DNA from: an uncultured Acidobacteriota bacterium | GTDB taxonomy: Bacteria; Acidobacteriota; UBA6911 | Reading direction: 5' to 3' | DNA: 64,000 nt | NCBI GenBank assembly: GCA_963809485.1 | Contig: CAWEJX010000007.1 | Span: forward strand, 480,001-544,000 | Part shown: piece after piece, positions 9,985 to 19,492 of the stretch | How the letters are laid out: the number at the start of each line of letters is the position of its first letter | Numbering within the stretch: the first letter of the stretch is position 1 | Notes under the pieces: model-generated | What the model was told of the DNA's origin: nothing | What the model saw: the letters and a program-made list of their open reading frames with translations, nothing else | Database searches by the model: none | Position numbers and translations under genes: made by a program

Positions 9985-11262
9985 CTATTCCCCCTTTTGA
10001 ATGACCTCCCTGCCCTCCATATACGGCCGTAAAGCTTCCGGAATAACCACCGACCCATCCGTCTGTTGATAGTTTTCCAATATGGCAAGCCAGGTCCTGC
10101 CGATTGCGAGGCCCGATCCATTGAGGGTGTGCAGGTACTGCCGCTTGCCGTCCTCATTTCTGAACCGTATATTGGCGCGCCTCGCCTGGAATGCCTCGAA
10201 GTTGCTGCAGGATGAAATTTCCCGGAAACGGTTCTGACTCGGCAGCCACACTTCCAGATCGTAGGTTTTGGCGCTCGAAAATCCCATGTCCCCCGTGCAG
10301 AGAACCACTACCCGGTAGTGGAGCCCGAGCCGCTGCAGGATGTCCTCGGCATCACGGGTCAGCGATTCCAGCTCCTCGTAGGAGCTCGCGGGATCGGCGA
10401 ATTTCACCAGCTCCACCTTGTTGAATTGATGCAGGCGGATCAGTCCCTTCACATCCTTTCCGTAAGAGCCGGCTTCGCTTCGGAAGCAGGGTGTGAACGC
10501 CACGAATTTCTTCGGCAGCTGGGCCTTTTCCAGAACCTCGTCCCGGTAAATGTTGGTGACCGGTACTTCCGCTGTGGGTATCAGATAGTAATCCGTTCCC
10601 TCGACCCGGAACAGATCCTGGGCAAACTTGGGCAGGTTGCCGGTTCCGAAGAGGCTTTGGAAATTTGCCATAAAGGGAGGCAGGACTTCCCGATAGCCGT
10701 GATGTTTCGTGTGGACATCCAGCATAAAATTGATCAGGGCTCTTTCCATAAGAGCTCCCGTTCCGCTAAGAAGCGAAAAACGCGAGCCGGTAATTTTGAC
10801 GGCTCGATCCATGTCCAGGATTCCCAGGGAGGTTCCCAGATCCACGTGGTCGAGAGGAGCAAAATCGAATTTCGGGGCGCTTCCCCATCGGCGGACCTCC
10901 CGACTCGTCGTTTCGTCGCAACCGGTCGGGACCGAAGGGTCAGGCAGATTGGGAATGCTGTGCAGGAATGAATTCAACCTCGCTTCCGCCTGGCTTGCCG
11001 TTTCATCAAGCGACTTGATTTCGCTCGAAATCTCCTTCACTTTCGCCTGCTGCGCCGCGGTGTCGCTTCCTGATCTCTTCAGCTTTCCGATAGCTTCGGA
11101 AGCCTCGTTGCGCTGCCGCCGGAGCTCCTCGCAGCGCAGGATGATGCTCTTCCATTCCGCGTCCGCGGCGATCAGCTCATCGAGGGGGTATTGCCCTCCG
11201 CGGGCGGCCAGCCTTTCCCGAACGCTGTCTATGTTCTCCCGGATAAAGTTTTTATCCAGCAT
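9985..11262 (-). CDS. serS: serine--tRNA ligase
   Basis: N-terminal coiled arm, [39 protein letters not shown]. Confidence 0.98.
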   Translation of the reverse strand: MLDKNFIRENIDSVRERLAARGGQYPLDELIAADAEWKSIILRCEELRRQRNEASEAIGKLKRSGSDTAAQQAKVKEISSEIKSLDETASQAEARLNSFLHSIPNLPDPSVPTGCDETTSREVRRWGSAPKFDFAPLDHVDLGTSLGILDMDRAVKITGSRFSLLSGTGALMERALINFMLDVHTKHHGYREVLPPFMANFQSLFGTGNLPKFAQDLFRVEGTDYYLIPTAEVPVTNIYRDEVLEKAQLPKKFVAFTPCFRSEAGSYGKDVKGLIRLHQFNKVELVKFADPASSYEELESLTRDAEDILQRLGLHYRVVVLCTGDMGFSSAKTYDLEVWLPSQNRFREISSCSNFEAFQARRANIRFRNEDGKRQYLHTLNGSGLAIGRTWLAILENYQQTDGSVVIPEALRPYMEGREVIQKGE

Positions 11263-11311
11263 ATGGGATCCTCCCTACCACGCATTCTACCATTGAAGCG
11301 AGGCTATCCAC

Positions 11312-11519
11312 GGGATTTCGAGATCCAGCGGAGCGGTGGTTCCGAAGACTTTCGCGGGTCTGACGCCTTTCCGGGATTCAGGTGGCTGAGGCGCATGCCG
11401 CCTTAATGCTCCCACGGGGGGAGCGGCATAGGGCGCTCATCTGAAAGCATAGAGGCTCCTCTCGAAAAGACCTTCAAGTTTGCCGTAATTGGTCTGCACG
11501 ACGCCGCTAGTCGGAGCCC
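11312..11519. ncRNA. candidate rod-shaped structured RNA (6S/SsrS-like)
   Basis: About 200-nt intergenic segment that folds by eye into one long imperfect hairpin: GGGATTTCGA/TCGGAGCCC, CCAGCGG/CCGCTAG, GAAGACTTTCG/CGAAAAGACCTTC, TTCAG/CTGAA, ATGCCGC/GCGGCAT. Strand not resolved. Confidence 0.4.
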
Positions 11520-11671
11520 TCATCGGATGTTTTCTCCTCCAACAGGTTTTCACTCCCTGCGCATTCTATCATTGACATTGTCAGATGCCGTTGTTTCAAT
11601 CATTTTTGGCTTCAGGGGGCGGTTACCGGATACAATGAGGTTCCAGCACACTTTTGAGAAAGAAGAACAAA

Positions 11672-12550
11672 ATGGCCAAAATCCGAAGAGCGGTTTTCCC
11701 TGCCGCAGGTTTGGGCACACGTTTTCTTCCTGCGACGAAAGCTCAACCTAAAGAGATGCTTCCCCTGGTTGACAAGCCCCTCATCCAGTACGCCGTGGAG
11801 GAAGCCGTCGCCTCCGGACTCGAGAACCTGGTGATCATCACCGGGCGGGGGAAGAATGCAATCGAGGACCACTTCGATGTTTCCTATGAACTGGAAAAGA
11901 CTCTGGAGCAGCGTGGACAATCGGAGTTGCTGAGCCGGGTACGTTCCGTTTCCGAAATGGTGCACATCGCCTATGTCCGGCAAAAAGAGGCTCTGGGACT
12001 GGGCCACGCCATACTTGTAGCCAGAGAACTCACGAACCATGAGCCCTTTGCCGTTCTGCTCGGAGACGATGTCATCGTGGCCGACGTGCCGTGCATTCGC
12101 CAGATGATGGACATTTATGAGCAATATGAATCCAGCGTGGTGGCGATCATGGAAGTCCCCATGCAGGAGACGGGCCGGTATGGGATCATCAAGGGCCAGG
12201 CTGTCCCCGGCACCGACGGAAAACTGTTTGAAGTGCTGGATATGGTTGAGAAGCCGAAGGTGAAGAAAGCCCCGTCCAACCTCGCCATCATCGGAAGGTA
12301 TATACTCACGCCGGCCATCTTTGAAGCGCTGGACGAAACCGAAAGGGGCAGCGGGGGAGAAATCCAGTTGACCGACGGGCTCTGCCGCCTGTTAAGCCGG
12401 GAAAAGGTACTGGCATATAAATTTCAGGGCAAGCGGCACGACGCGGGCGACAAGCTCGGTTTTCTGCAGGCAACGGTTGATTTCGCGCTGGCCAGCGAAG
12501 AGTTGGGGCCCGCATTCCGCGCGTATCTGAAATCGCTGGATCTTGGTTAG
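11672..12550 (+). CDS. galU: UTP--glucose-1-phosphate uridylyltransferase
   Basis: PAAGLGTRFLPATKAQPKEMLP, VEKP, GEIQLTD. Confidence 0.97.
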   Translation: MAKIRRAVFPAAGLGTRFLPATKAQPKEMLPLVDKPLIQYAVEEAVASGLENLVIITGRGKNAIEDHFDVSYELEKTLEQRGQSELLSRVRSVSEMVHIAYVRQKEALGLGHAILVARELTNHEPFAVLLGDDVIVADVPCIRQMMDIYEQYESSVVAIMEVPMQETGRYGIIKGQAVPGTDGKLFEVLDMVEKPKVKKAPSNLAIIGRYILTPAIFEALDETERGSGGEIQLTDGLCRLLSREKVLAYKFQGKRHDAGDKLGFLQATVDFALASEELGPAFRAYLKSLDLG

Positions 12551-12678
12551 CCCGGAGAAGGCGTGTACTGCGGGCAACGGCGGTGGGATTGCCGGCGCCC
12601 GGACCAGCAGTAAGAGGCATTTTTGAATTCCCGCGAAGGTTGAATCAGGCAGCCTTCCGAATAAACTCGAGAGGTCTC

Positions 12679-13968
12679 ATGAGAATATTGGTAATCGGTT
12701 CCGGTGGCAGAGAACACGCGCTCGTCTGGAAGCTTCGCCAGAGTCCGCGCGTCGGCGCAATATTTTGTGCGCCGGGCAATGGAGGAATTGCGGGAACGGC
12801 CCGTTGCGTGCCTGTGCAGCCGAACGACTTTGGAGCAATCGACGACTTTGTCCGCAAGGAGAAGATCGATATCGTGGTTGTCGGCCCGGAAGCTCCCCTG
12901 GCTGCGGGCCTGGTGGACCACTTGAAAGGTTCCGGCGTCGGCGTCCTTGGGCCAAGCCGTCAGGCGGCGCAACTGGAGTCCAGTAAAGTCTTCGCCAAAG
13001 ATTTCATGAGCCGGCACGCAGTTCCGACCGCTCCCTATGCAACCTTCCGCGATCCGCAATTGGCGCTCGAATTCCTGGATTCCAGGACCGCCCGGTATCC
13101 CATTGTCGTCAAAGCTGATGGGCTTGCTGCCGGCAAAGGCGTTGTAGTCGCCGGAAATGCGCCGGAGGCGCGCGCGGCGGTCCAGCGCATCATGGTCGAG
13201 CGGGAATTCGGTTCGGCCGGGGATTTCATCATCCTCGAGGAGTGCCTGGAGGGTATCGAGGCGTCCTACATTGTATTTACGGATGGGGAAACGGTTCTTC
13301 CCGCGGTGGCTGCGAGAGACCACAAAGCGGTCAATGATGATGACCAGGGGCCGAACACCGGGGGCATGGGCGCCTACTCGACCGACGACGTCCTTGGCCC
13401 CGAACTCGAAGAGGAGGTTCTGCAGCGGGTCATTCACCCCGTCATTCGCGGAATGAAGGCTGAGGATCTGCCGTTTCAGGGAATCCTGTATGCGGGATTG
13501 ATGCTGACCGCCCGCGGAGTACAGGTCCTGGAATTCAACGTCCGCATGGGCGATCCGGAAGGCCAGGTAATCCTTCCGCGGCTCAAGAGCGATTTTTCCG
13601 AATTATGCGAGGCGCTCTGCAGCAGCCGGCTGAAGGACTATAAGGCCGCCTGGCACAAGGATGCGGCGGTTTGCGTGGTGCTCGCCTCCGGCGGCTATCC
13701 GGGGTCGTATTCCAAAGGGAAGGCGATCGCGGGCCTCGCGATGGCCGAAGAGGATCCCCGGGTCGCTGTTTTCCACGCGGGGACGCGGCAGGAAAATGGG
13801 GCTTTTTATACCGATGGGGGCCGTGTGCTTGGAGTGACGGCAACCGACAAAGACCTGGCCTCCGCCATGATGGCGGCATACGAAGCCGTCAACAAAATAC
13901 ACTTCGACGGGATGCATTATCGCCGGGACATCGGGGCCAAGGGCCTGGTGAAAACTCCTGGCGCATGA
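12679..13968 (+). CDS. purD: phosphoribosylamine--glycine ligase
   Basis: GSGGREHA, KADGLAAGKGV, GPNTGGMGAY, EFNVRMGDPE. Confidence 0.98.
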   Translation: MRILVIGSGGREHALVWKLRQSPRVGAIFCAPGNGGIAGTARCVPVQPNDFGAIDDFVRKEKIDIVVVGPEAPLAAGLVDHLKGSGVGVLGPSRQAAQLESSKVFAKDFMSRHAVPTAPYATFRDPQLALEFLDSRTARYPIVVKADGLAAGKGVVVAGNAPEARAAVQRIMVEREFGSAGDFIILEECLEGIEASYIVFTDGETVLPAVAARDHKAVNDDDQGPNTGGMGAYSTDDVLGPELEEEVLQRVIHPVIRGMKAEDLPFQGILYAGLMLTARGVQVLEFNVRMGDPEGQVILPRLKSDFSELCEALCSSRLKDYKAAWHKDAAVCVVLASGGYPGSYSKGKAIAGLAMAEEDPRVAVFHAGTRQENGAFYTDGGRVLGVTATDKDLASAMMAAYEAVNKIHFDGMHYRRDIGAKGLVKTPGA

Positions 13969-14014
13969 AATGACGGTGCGGCCTAGAATTGCGCGGCTGA
14001 TTTTTCTTCGATGA

Positions 14015-14533
14015 ATGGAGGCGGCAGTGATCCTACCCCAGGTGGCCATCGTTCTTGGAAGTGATTCGGACTACCCTGTAATTCAGGACATGATACAAAT
14101 CCTGAAAGATTTCGGCGTCGCGCATGAACTGACGGTATCGAGCGCCCATCGCTCGCCGGACCGGACCCACAAATATGCCGCGAAACTTGAGGAGCGCGGC
14201 ATACAGGTGGTTATTGCCTGTGCGGGCGCCGCCGCGCACCTTGCCGGGGTGATTGCCGCACAGACGATTCTGCCCGTGATAGGCGTTCCGGTCGATTCCT
14301 CGCCCCTGAACGGTCTGGATGCGCTCCTGTCCACCTCGATGATGCCGGCAGGCGTTCCCGTGGCGACCATGGGCATAGGGAAAATGGGCGCCGCAAATGC
14401 CGCCGTCCTGGCGGTGCAGATCCTGGCCAGGAACGATCCTGCATTGGCCGGGCGCCTGCACGACTACAAAAAGAGGCTGGCGGATAAAGTCGAACAGCGG
14501 GACGCCGAATTGAAGAAGGCCCGGGATGTCTAA
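14015..14533 (+). CDS. purE: N5-CAIR mutase
   Basis: GSDSD, SAHRSP, AGAAAHLAG, MPAGVPVAT. Confidence 0.97.
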   Translation: MEAAVILPQVAIVLGSDSDYPVIQDMIQILKDFGVAHELTVSSAHRSPDRTHKYAAKLEERGIQVVIACAGAAAHLAGVIAAQTILPVIGVPVDSSPLNGLDALLSTSMMPAGVPVATMGIGKMGAANAAVLAVQILARNDPALAGRLHDYKKRLADKVEQRDAELKKARDV

Positions 14534-15854
14534 ATTTTCGGTCCGGACATTCGGCTGCCGCTGCAACCAGGCGGACAGCGCGGCGATCCGCGAAGGTCTC
14601 TGCCGCCGCTCCATGGCCGAAAGCGAAAACCCCCTCGATGCCGACCTCATTGTTGTGAATACGTGCACGGTCACGCACCGGTCGGATCAGCAGGTCCGCC
14701 AGGCAATCCGGCGTCTGCACCGCGAGAATCCCTCGGCGTGCCTGGTCGTGACGGGATGTTACGCCGAGCGGGATCCGGAAACCCTGGCGGCAATTCCCGG
14801 GGTGAATTATGTTCTGGGCAACGCCGACAAAGAACGGCTGCCGGAAATAGTGCGGGATCGCGGGCAGGATTCGCCGGGGCAAATCTTCCACGCCGCTATC
14901 GATGGAGCATGCGGCTGTCTGCTGCCGCCGATGGCGCAAACCGGAGGCAAGACGCGCCCGCTTGTCAAACTGCAGGATGGATGCGACGCCCGCTGCGCCT
15001 ACTGCATCGTCCCCTATGTGCGCGGGCCCGGACGAAGCGCGCGGCTCGAGGACGTCGTTGCCGAGATCCGGTCTCTTGCCGCGCAGGGTTTCCAGGAAAT
15101 TGTCCTTACCGGAGTTCACCTGGGCGCTTTCGGGCTCAAGATCAAAGGAAAGATCAAAGGACACCCGCGCCTGATCGATCTGCTGCGTCAGATCGTTGAA
15201 ATACCGGATCTTGGCCGGGTCCGGCTGAGCAGCATCGAGCCGATGCATTTTAGCCGCACCCTCATCGACCTGGCGGCCCGGAGCGCGGTATTCGCCCGCC
15301 ACTTCCACATTCCCTTGCAGAGCGGCAGCGACCGTATCCTGCGCCGCATGCGGCGGCCATACACTGCCGCCCGGTTCCGGGATCTGCTGCGGCGTATACT
15401 GGAGGCGATGCCGGACGCCGGAATAGGCACCGATGTCCTGGTCGGATTTCCGGGAGAAACAGAGGAAGACTTTTCCGAAACCTGCGCTCTCATCCGGGAG
15501 TCGCCTCTGGCCTACCTGCACGTATTTCCCTTCTCGCCTCGGGAAGGAACAGAGGCTTTTTCGCTGTCCGGCAGAATCCCGTCGAAAGTGATGAAAGAAC
15601 GGCTCAACCTGTTGCTTGCGATGTCCCGCGCCAAAAGCCTCGCGTTCCGGAGCAGGTTTTCCGGACAAGTGCTTCCCGCGATCACGCTAGCCCGTGAGGA
15701 AGAGCTGGGGGCTTCCATGGCCCTCACCGGAAACTATATCCACGTGCGGATTCCCGGCCTCACCGTGCCTCCCAACCGCCTTGTGAATGTCCGCATTGAG
15801 GATGTCCACCCGGATGCGACCTTCGGCCGATTAGAAAATTCCTCCCGCACATAA
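14526..15854 (+). CDS. mtaB: tRNA t6A37 methylthiotransferase (MtaB-type radical SAM)
   Basis: TFGCRCNQAD, NTCTVT, QDGCDARCAYC, RVRLSSIEP, HVFPFSPREGT. Confidence 0.9.
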   Translation: MSKFSVRTFGCRCNQADSAAIREGLCRRSMAESENPLDADLIVVNTCTVTHRSDQQVRQAIRRLHRENPSACLVVTGCYAERDPETLAAIPGVNYVLGNADKERLPEIVRDRGQDSPGQIFHAAIDGACGCLLPPMAQTGGKTRPLVKLQDGCDARCAYCIVPYVRGPGRSARLEDVVAEIRSLAAQGFQEIVLTGVHLGAFGLKIKGKIKGHPRLIDLLRQIVEIPDLGRVRLSSIEPMHFSRTLIDLAARSAVFARHFHIPLQSGSDRILRRMRRPYTAARFRDLLRRILEAMPDAGIGTDVLVGFPGETEEDFSETCALIRESPLAYLHVFPFSPREGTEAFSLSGRIPSKVMKERLNLLLAMSRAKSLAFRSRFSGQVLPAITLAREEELGASMALTGNYIHVRIPGLTVPPNRLVNVRIEDVHPDATFGRLENSSRT

Positions 15855-16187
15855 TCCGCGATTCTCCCAAAATCATTCCCAAAAAATCTCGCAGCAGGAA
15901 AAGCAGGGACACCCGATATTTGGCGCAAGAGAAGCGTGTGGGGGAAGTGAAGAGTGTGGATGAAGAGTGTGGACACCCAACATTTAACGAGAGTAGATAA
16001 AGAAGGTCGCTCCCATCACTCATTTATGGTTTTGCCTGGTATCAATAATCACTGGGGGATGTAGCAAATCGATAAGGGCAGGCCTGCAGTATTTGGCGAG
16101 ATGAAGACCAAGGATTGCTGGAGGCTATCTTCGTGATTAGGAAGAGGCTGTCCTTTAGGTGAAGGATACCTGGCAGAGGAGCGTGGC

Positions 16188-16730
16188 TCAGGCTGACTGC
16201 ACCGAAGGAGCTGCGAAAGCATTTCGAGCTTCGGATAAGCCAACGAGCCACCTTCGGCCGAGCTGATCCGCAAATTCACGCAGACTGGAAATAAGACCGG
16301 CTGCAAGGCGGAATTTCGGACCGAAACGGGAAATGGTATCTATCCAGGCTTGAGGCTTAGCGCCAATCCGCAGCAGAATCGGTGCAAGCCGGGGATCAAT
16401 GGCGCCGCGTTTGTCAGCCCGCAGGATGCGCCCTGATTGATCTACCAGATCAATGTAGTCGGCGGCAGTCATCTGAAGGATGCCACGTCGGCGGGCATCC
16501 GATTGAATGGGACACAGCCAAAGGGATGGGGTGTCGAGAGAACCAACAGGGATAGGCTCGGGTATAGAACCGGAAATGCCACCTTTATCTTCCGGCATCA
16601 GCATGTTCCCCGCGGAAGACCCGCCCGGGGCGTGTTGAGTTAACTCGCCAGGTACCAAAGCTTTGCTGGCCATTTCGCTCTGCCAGGCGCGAAGCCGTTC
16701 CTGAATGCTGGTGAAGTCGCTTGCCTCCTG
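16188..16730 (-). pseudogene. C-terminal fragment of a REP-associated/IS200-like Y1 transposase
   Basis: DFTSIQERL...WLCPI...YIDLVDQSGR..RADKRGAI...LAPILLRIG resembles the C-terminus of RAYT-like transposases; the N-terminal catalytic part is replaced by simple repeats. Confidence 0.65.
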
Positions 16731-16819
16731 CACCTGACCTGCACCTGCACCTGCACCTGCACCTGCACCTGGCCTGGCCCCTGGCCTGGCCCTGGCCTGG
16801 CCTGGCCTGGCCTGGCCTG
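16727..16819. repeat. microsatellite tract (CCTGCA)n followed by (CCTGG)n
   Basis: Directly visible: cctgcacctgacctgcacctgca...cctggcctggcctggcctg. Confidence 0.95.
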
Positions 16820-16941
16820 ATCCTCTTATCGATAAGCTCGAGGAGCTTGCTGACCTCGAAGATATCAAGAAAATACGACGTGAACCGACGCGGCCCCTCG
16901 CAGATGTGATTCGCGATCTGGGATTAGATGGCGAAATATAG
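16819..16941 (+). pseudogene. headless antitoxin (Phd/RelB-like C-terminal remnant)
   Basis: Frame reads LIDKLEELADLEDIKKIRREPTRPLADVIRDLGLDGEI* and overlaps the toxin start; no ATG/GTG/TTG start after the in-frame TGA at 16735. Confidence 0.7.
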
Positions 16942-17188
16942 GATTGAGGTATCAGCTACTGCTGAGCGGCAACTGAAAAAGATACGCCGGGAGGACAAGG
17001 TTCGTATTCTGCGAGGCATTTCGCTTCTTGCCGATCAGCCCCGCCTCGATGGCTGTAAGAAGATGAGCGGCCACGATGATATTTATCGCATCCGTATCGG
17101 AAATTACCGTGTGATTTACGAGATCGACCGAAAGCGAATCATCGTTGTCATCCTGAAGATCGGCCACCGAAGAGAAGTGTACCGGTAA
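16928..17188 (+). CDS. relE: RelE/ParE family type II toxin
   Basis: YRIEVSATAERQLKKI...GCKKMSG..DIYRIRIGNYRVIYEID...ILKIGHRREVYR. Confidence 0.92.
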   Translation: MAKYRIEVSATAERQLKKIRREDKVRILRGISLLADQPRLDGCKKMSGHDDIYRIRIGNYRVIYEIDRKRIIVVILKIGHRREVYR

Positions 17189-17341
17189 TGTGGTTTTATC
17201 GCCGGTATTGCCGTTTAAAACTTCGATTGCCAGAGGGAATCCTTCAGGCGTGACAATCAAGGCAATAACCACCTGAACGCAATACGATCTCTTGTCACGG
17301 CTGTACCCAAACTGGCGCTTTCCTGTTTCCGGCGGATCGAA
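17186..17341 (-). pseudogene. internal fragment of an IS1634-family DDE transposase
   Basis: KRQFGYSRDKRSYCVQVVIALIVTPEGFPLAIEVLNGNTGDKTTL, a characteristic IS1634 block; no intact flanks. Confidence 0.8.
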
Positions 17342-17408
17342 CTTGGTCTCCGTAATGGATCCGGCTGCATCCGCCGCCAAGGCGGAAAGCACGGGAGAGG
17401 CATTCGGG

Positions 17409-18059
17409 TCAGCTGATAATCTTTTTGCGTACCGCATAGAGCACAATCTCGGCGGTATTGTGCAGGTTCAGTTTCTGCATGAGATTGGTCCGGTGGGTCT
17501 CGACGGTATAGGTGCTTAATTCAAGGATTGCGGCTACTTCCTTGTTGGATTTTCCCTCCGCGAGCAGTTGCAGCACTTCCTTTTCCCGGTCCGTCAATAT
17601 GTCGTAGGAATCGTCCATCCCCCGCTGCTGCAGCGTCTTCACATAATCCTCGAGCAGCGTCTGGGCGATCTGCGGACTGAAGAAGGGGCGTCCCTGCGCA
17701 ACGACCTGCACAGCCCGCACCAGGTCCACTTCCGCGGAGTCTTTCAGCAGGTATCCCTTCGCGCCGGCGCTCAGGGCCCGGACAAGATACGCTTCATCCG
17801 GGTACATGCTGAGCATGATCACGCCGATCCTGGGATTGCTCTTCACGATCTTTGCGGTCGCATCAATGCCGTTGAGCTGCGGCATGGCAACATCCATGAT
17901 GACGACATGGGGTGCGAGCTCTTCCGCGAGTTTGACAGCCTCGCGGCCTTCCGAGGCTTCGCCGACCACCTCCATCCCGGGTTGGCGTTCCAGCAGGAAG
18001 CGGAGCCCTTTTCTCACGATGCCGTGGTCATCCGCCAGGAGTATGCGAATCTCGCTCAT
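17409..18059 (-). CDS. NarL/LuxR-family response regulator
   Basis: ADDH, MDVAMP, GYLLK receiver; LTDREKEVLQLLAEGKSNKEVA HTH. Confidence 0.95.
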   Translation of the reverse strand: MSEIRILLADDHGIVRKGLRFLLERQPGMEVVGEASEGREAVKLAEELAPHVVIMDVAMPQLNGIDATAKIVKSNPRIGVIMLSMYPDEAYLVRALSAGAKGYLLKDSAEVDLVRAVQVVAQGRPFFSPQIAQTLLEDYVKTLQQRGMDDSYDILTDREKEVLQLLAEGKSNKEVAAILELSTYTVETHRTNLMQKLNLHNTAEIVLYAVRKKIIS

Positions 18060-19402
18060 GCTTCCGCCTCCGCACCGCTGAGAGGCAGTTGGACCTCCAG
18101 AACTGTGCCCCTCTCAGCATGGGATGAAATTGATAGCGCGCCACCCAATTTTTTCACTCTCTCCTCCATTCCGATCAATCCCAGCCCGCGTCCCACGGAC
18201 TCCCGGGAATCGAATCCGATTCCATCGTCGGCTACGGTTACGTAGAGGTGGTCTTTGCCTCCATGAACCGTAATCCTGACATTTTTGGCTTGAGCATGGC
18301 GCGCGCAGTTGGTGAGAGATTCCTGTGTCACCCGGTAAATACAGGTGCTCACCGTTTCGGGAACATTGCTCAGGTCCCCATCGACTTCTATCGATACCGG
18401 TATCCCGCTGCGGCCGGAGAACTCCCGTACATGCCACTGAAGAGCCGGGCCCAGCCCCAGATCATCAAGCATGGAAGGACGCAATCCCATGGCAAGATCG
18501 CGCACCGACTGCATCGTCCGCTTGGTAACGTCTTTCGCCTCGGCCAGGTGTTCCTGAAATTGGTCTCCCGGGGCGTTGCGCAGATGATCCAGGTTGCCCA
18601 GCTCCATTTTGAGCGCGGTCAGAAGCTGGCCGACCTCATCGTGCAGCTCCCGCGAGATCGATTTTCGCTCCTCTTCCTGTGCCTGCACAAGCTTTTGAGA
18701 TAGATATCGCAGCTCGCGTTCCGCGCGCTCCGCCCTGCTTCGCTGCTCGGCCGAGCGTTGCTCCAGGCGCGAAACGCGGAAGATGCTCATTCCGGCAACA
18801 CCCACCGCAAGAATAACCGAGAATGCGAACATTTTGAGCAGGTAGGCCTGGAAATCGAGGCGCTTTTTTTTGATTCTTTCCTGCTCCCTGATCAGATTGC
18901 GGGCATTCAGATCATCGATCTCGCGCGTGACGGAAACAATGGCGTGCCTGCGCGGTATCACCTGCCTCCTGAGAAACGCCGAACCGCGCGCGGCCTTTTC
19001 CTGAGGAGTCCATTCGAAGACAGGGTCCAGAGAGTCCCAGTAAATGTTTATTTCATTTCGCAGACGCTCCAGAATTTTGCCCTCGTCGTGGCTGATGAGA
19101 AGATTCAGGGACGCCAGATGCTTCGACAGCTCCGATCGTATTTCCAGCAGTTCATTCCGGTACATGGGTGCGGTCCCCTGGGTCGGATCCAGGAGATAAT
19201 CGCGCACCAGAATGCCGGACAAATAGTTGTCGCTTTGAATATCCTTGAGCATGGAAGCCGTCTGCCGGTAAATTTCGTGAATCGAAGCCACTTCTTGGGA
19301 AATCCGCTCAGCTTTCCGGAAACCTTCAAATCCAAGAACGCCGATGAGCACGACCAGGCTGCCAAATCCGATCAAAAGGATGATGCCTGTCCTGTACTTC
19401 AT
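18056..19402 (-). CDS. sensor histidine kinase (HisKA_3) with periplasmic four-helix sensor
   Basis: Two TM helices, EERKSISRELHDEVGQ H-box, QESLTNCARH, DDGIGF, GLGLIGMEER. Confidence 0.93.
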   Translation of the reverse strand: MKYRTGIILLIGFGSLVVLIGVLGFEGFRKAERISQEVASIHEIYRQTASMLKDIQSDNYLSGILVRDYLLDPTQGTAPMYRNELLEIRSELSKHLASLNLLISHDEGKILERLRNEINIYWDSLDPVFEWTPQEKAARGSAFLRRQVIPRRHAIVSVTREIDDLNARNLIREQERIKKKRLDFQAYLLKMFAFSVILAVGVAGMSIFRVSRLEQRSAEQRSRAERAERELRYLSQKLVQAQEEERKSISRELHDEVGQLLTALKMELGNLDHLRNAPGDQFQEHLAEAKDVTKRTMQSVRDLAMGLRPSMLDDLGLGPALQWHVREFSGRSGIPVSIEVDGDLSNVPETVSTCIYRVTQESLTNCARHAQAKNVRITVHGGKDHLYVTVADDGIGFDSRESVGRGLGLIGMEERVKKLGGALSISSHAERGTVLEVQLPLSGAEAEA

Positions 19403-19492
19403 GGCGTTCCTCCGACTGTCATGCCTTTTCCGGCAAAAACTCCCGCCTTTAGGGGATACCCTCAAAAGGCGCTTTGCCCTTATTATAGGCGC

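Noticed and set aside
11330-11350. T-box-like GGTGGTTCCG near serS
   Set aside because: On the strand opposite serS, with no recognisable specifier stem or terminator.
11530-11560. tmRNA-like 5-prime start (GGGAGTGAA on the minus strand)
   Set aside because: No matching T-arm/CCA 3-prime end found; tmRNA not supported despite smpB in the window.
11572-11600. TTGACA-N17-TTCAAT promoter and TGACA-T-TGTCA palindrome before galU
   Set aside because: The -10 lacks the conserved second A and the palindrome occurs once; too weak to call.
16952-17446. 164-aa minus-strand ORF as a real gene
   Set aside because: Chimera of a ~50-aa IS1634 fragment, antisense relE and overlap with the regulator gene.
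18758-19492. Apparent 245-aa N-terminal extension of the HAD phosphatase (533-aa ORF)
   Set aside because: Antisense to the histidine kinase; the HAD motif starts right after ATG 19493, so it is not a fusion.
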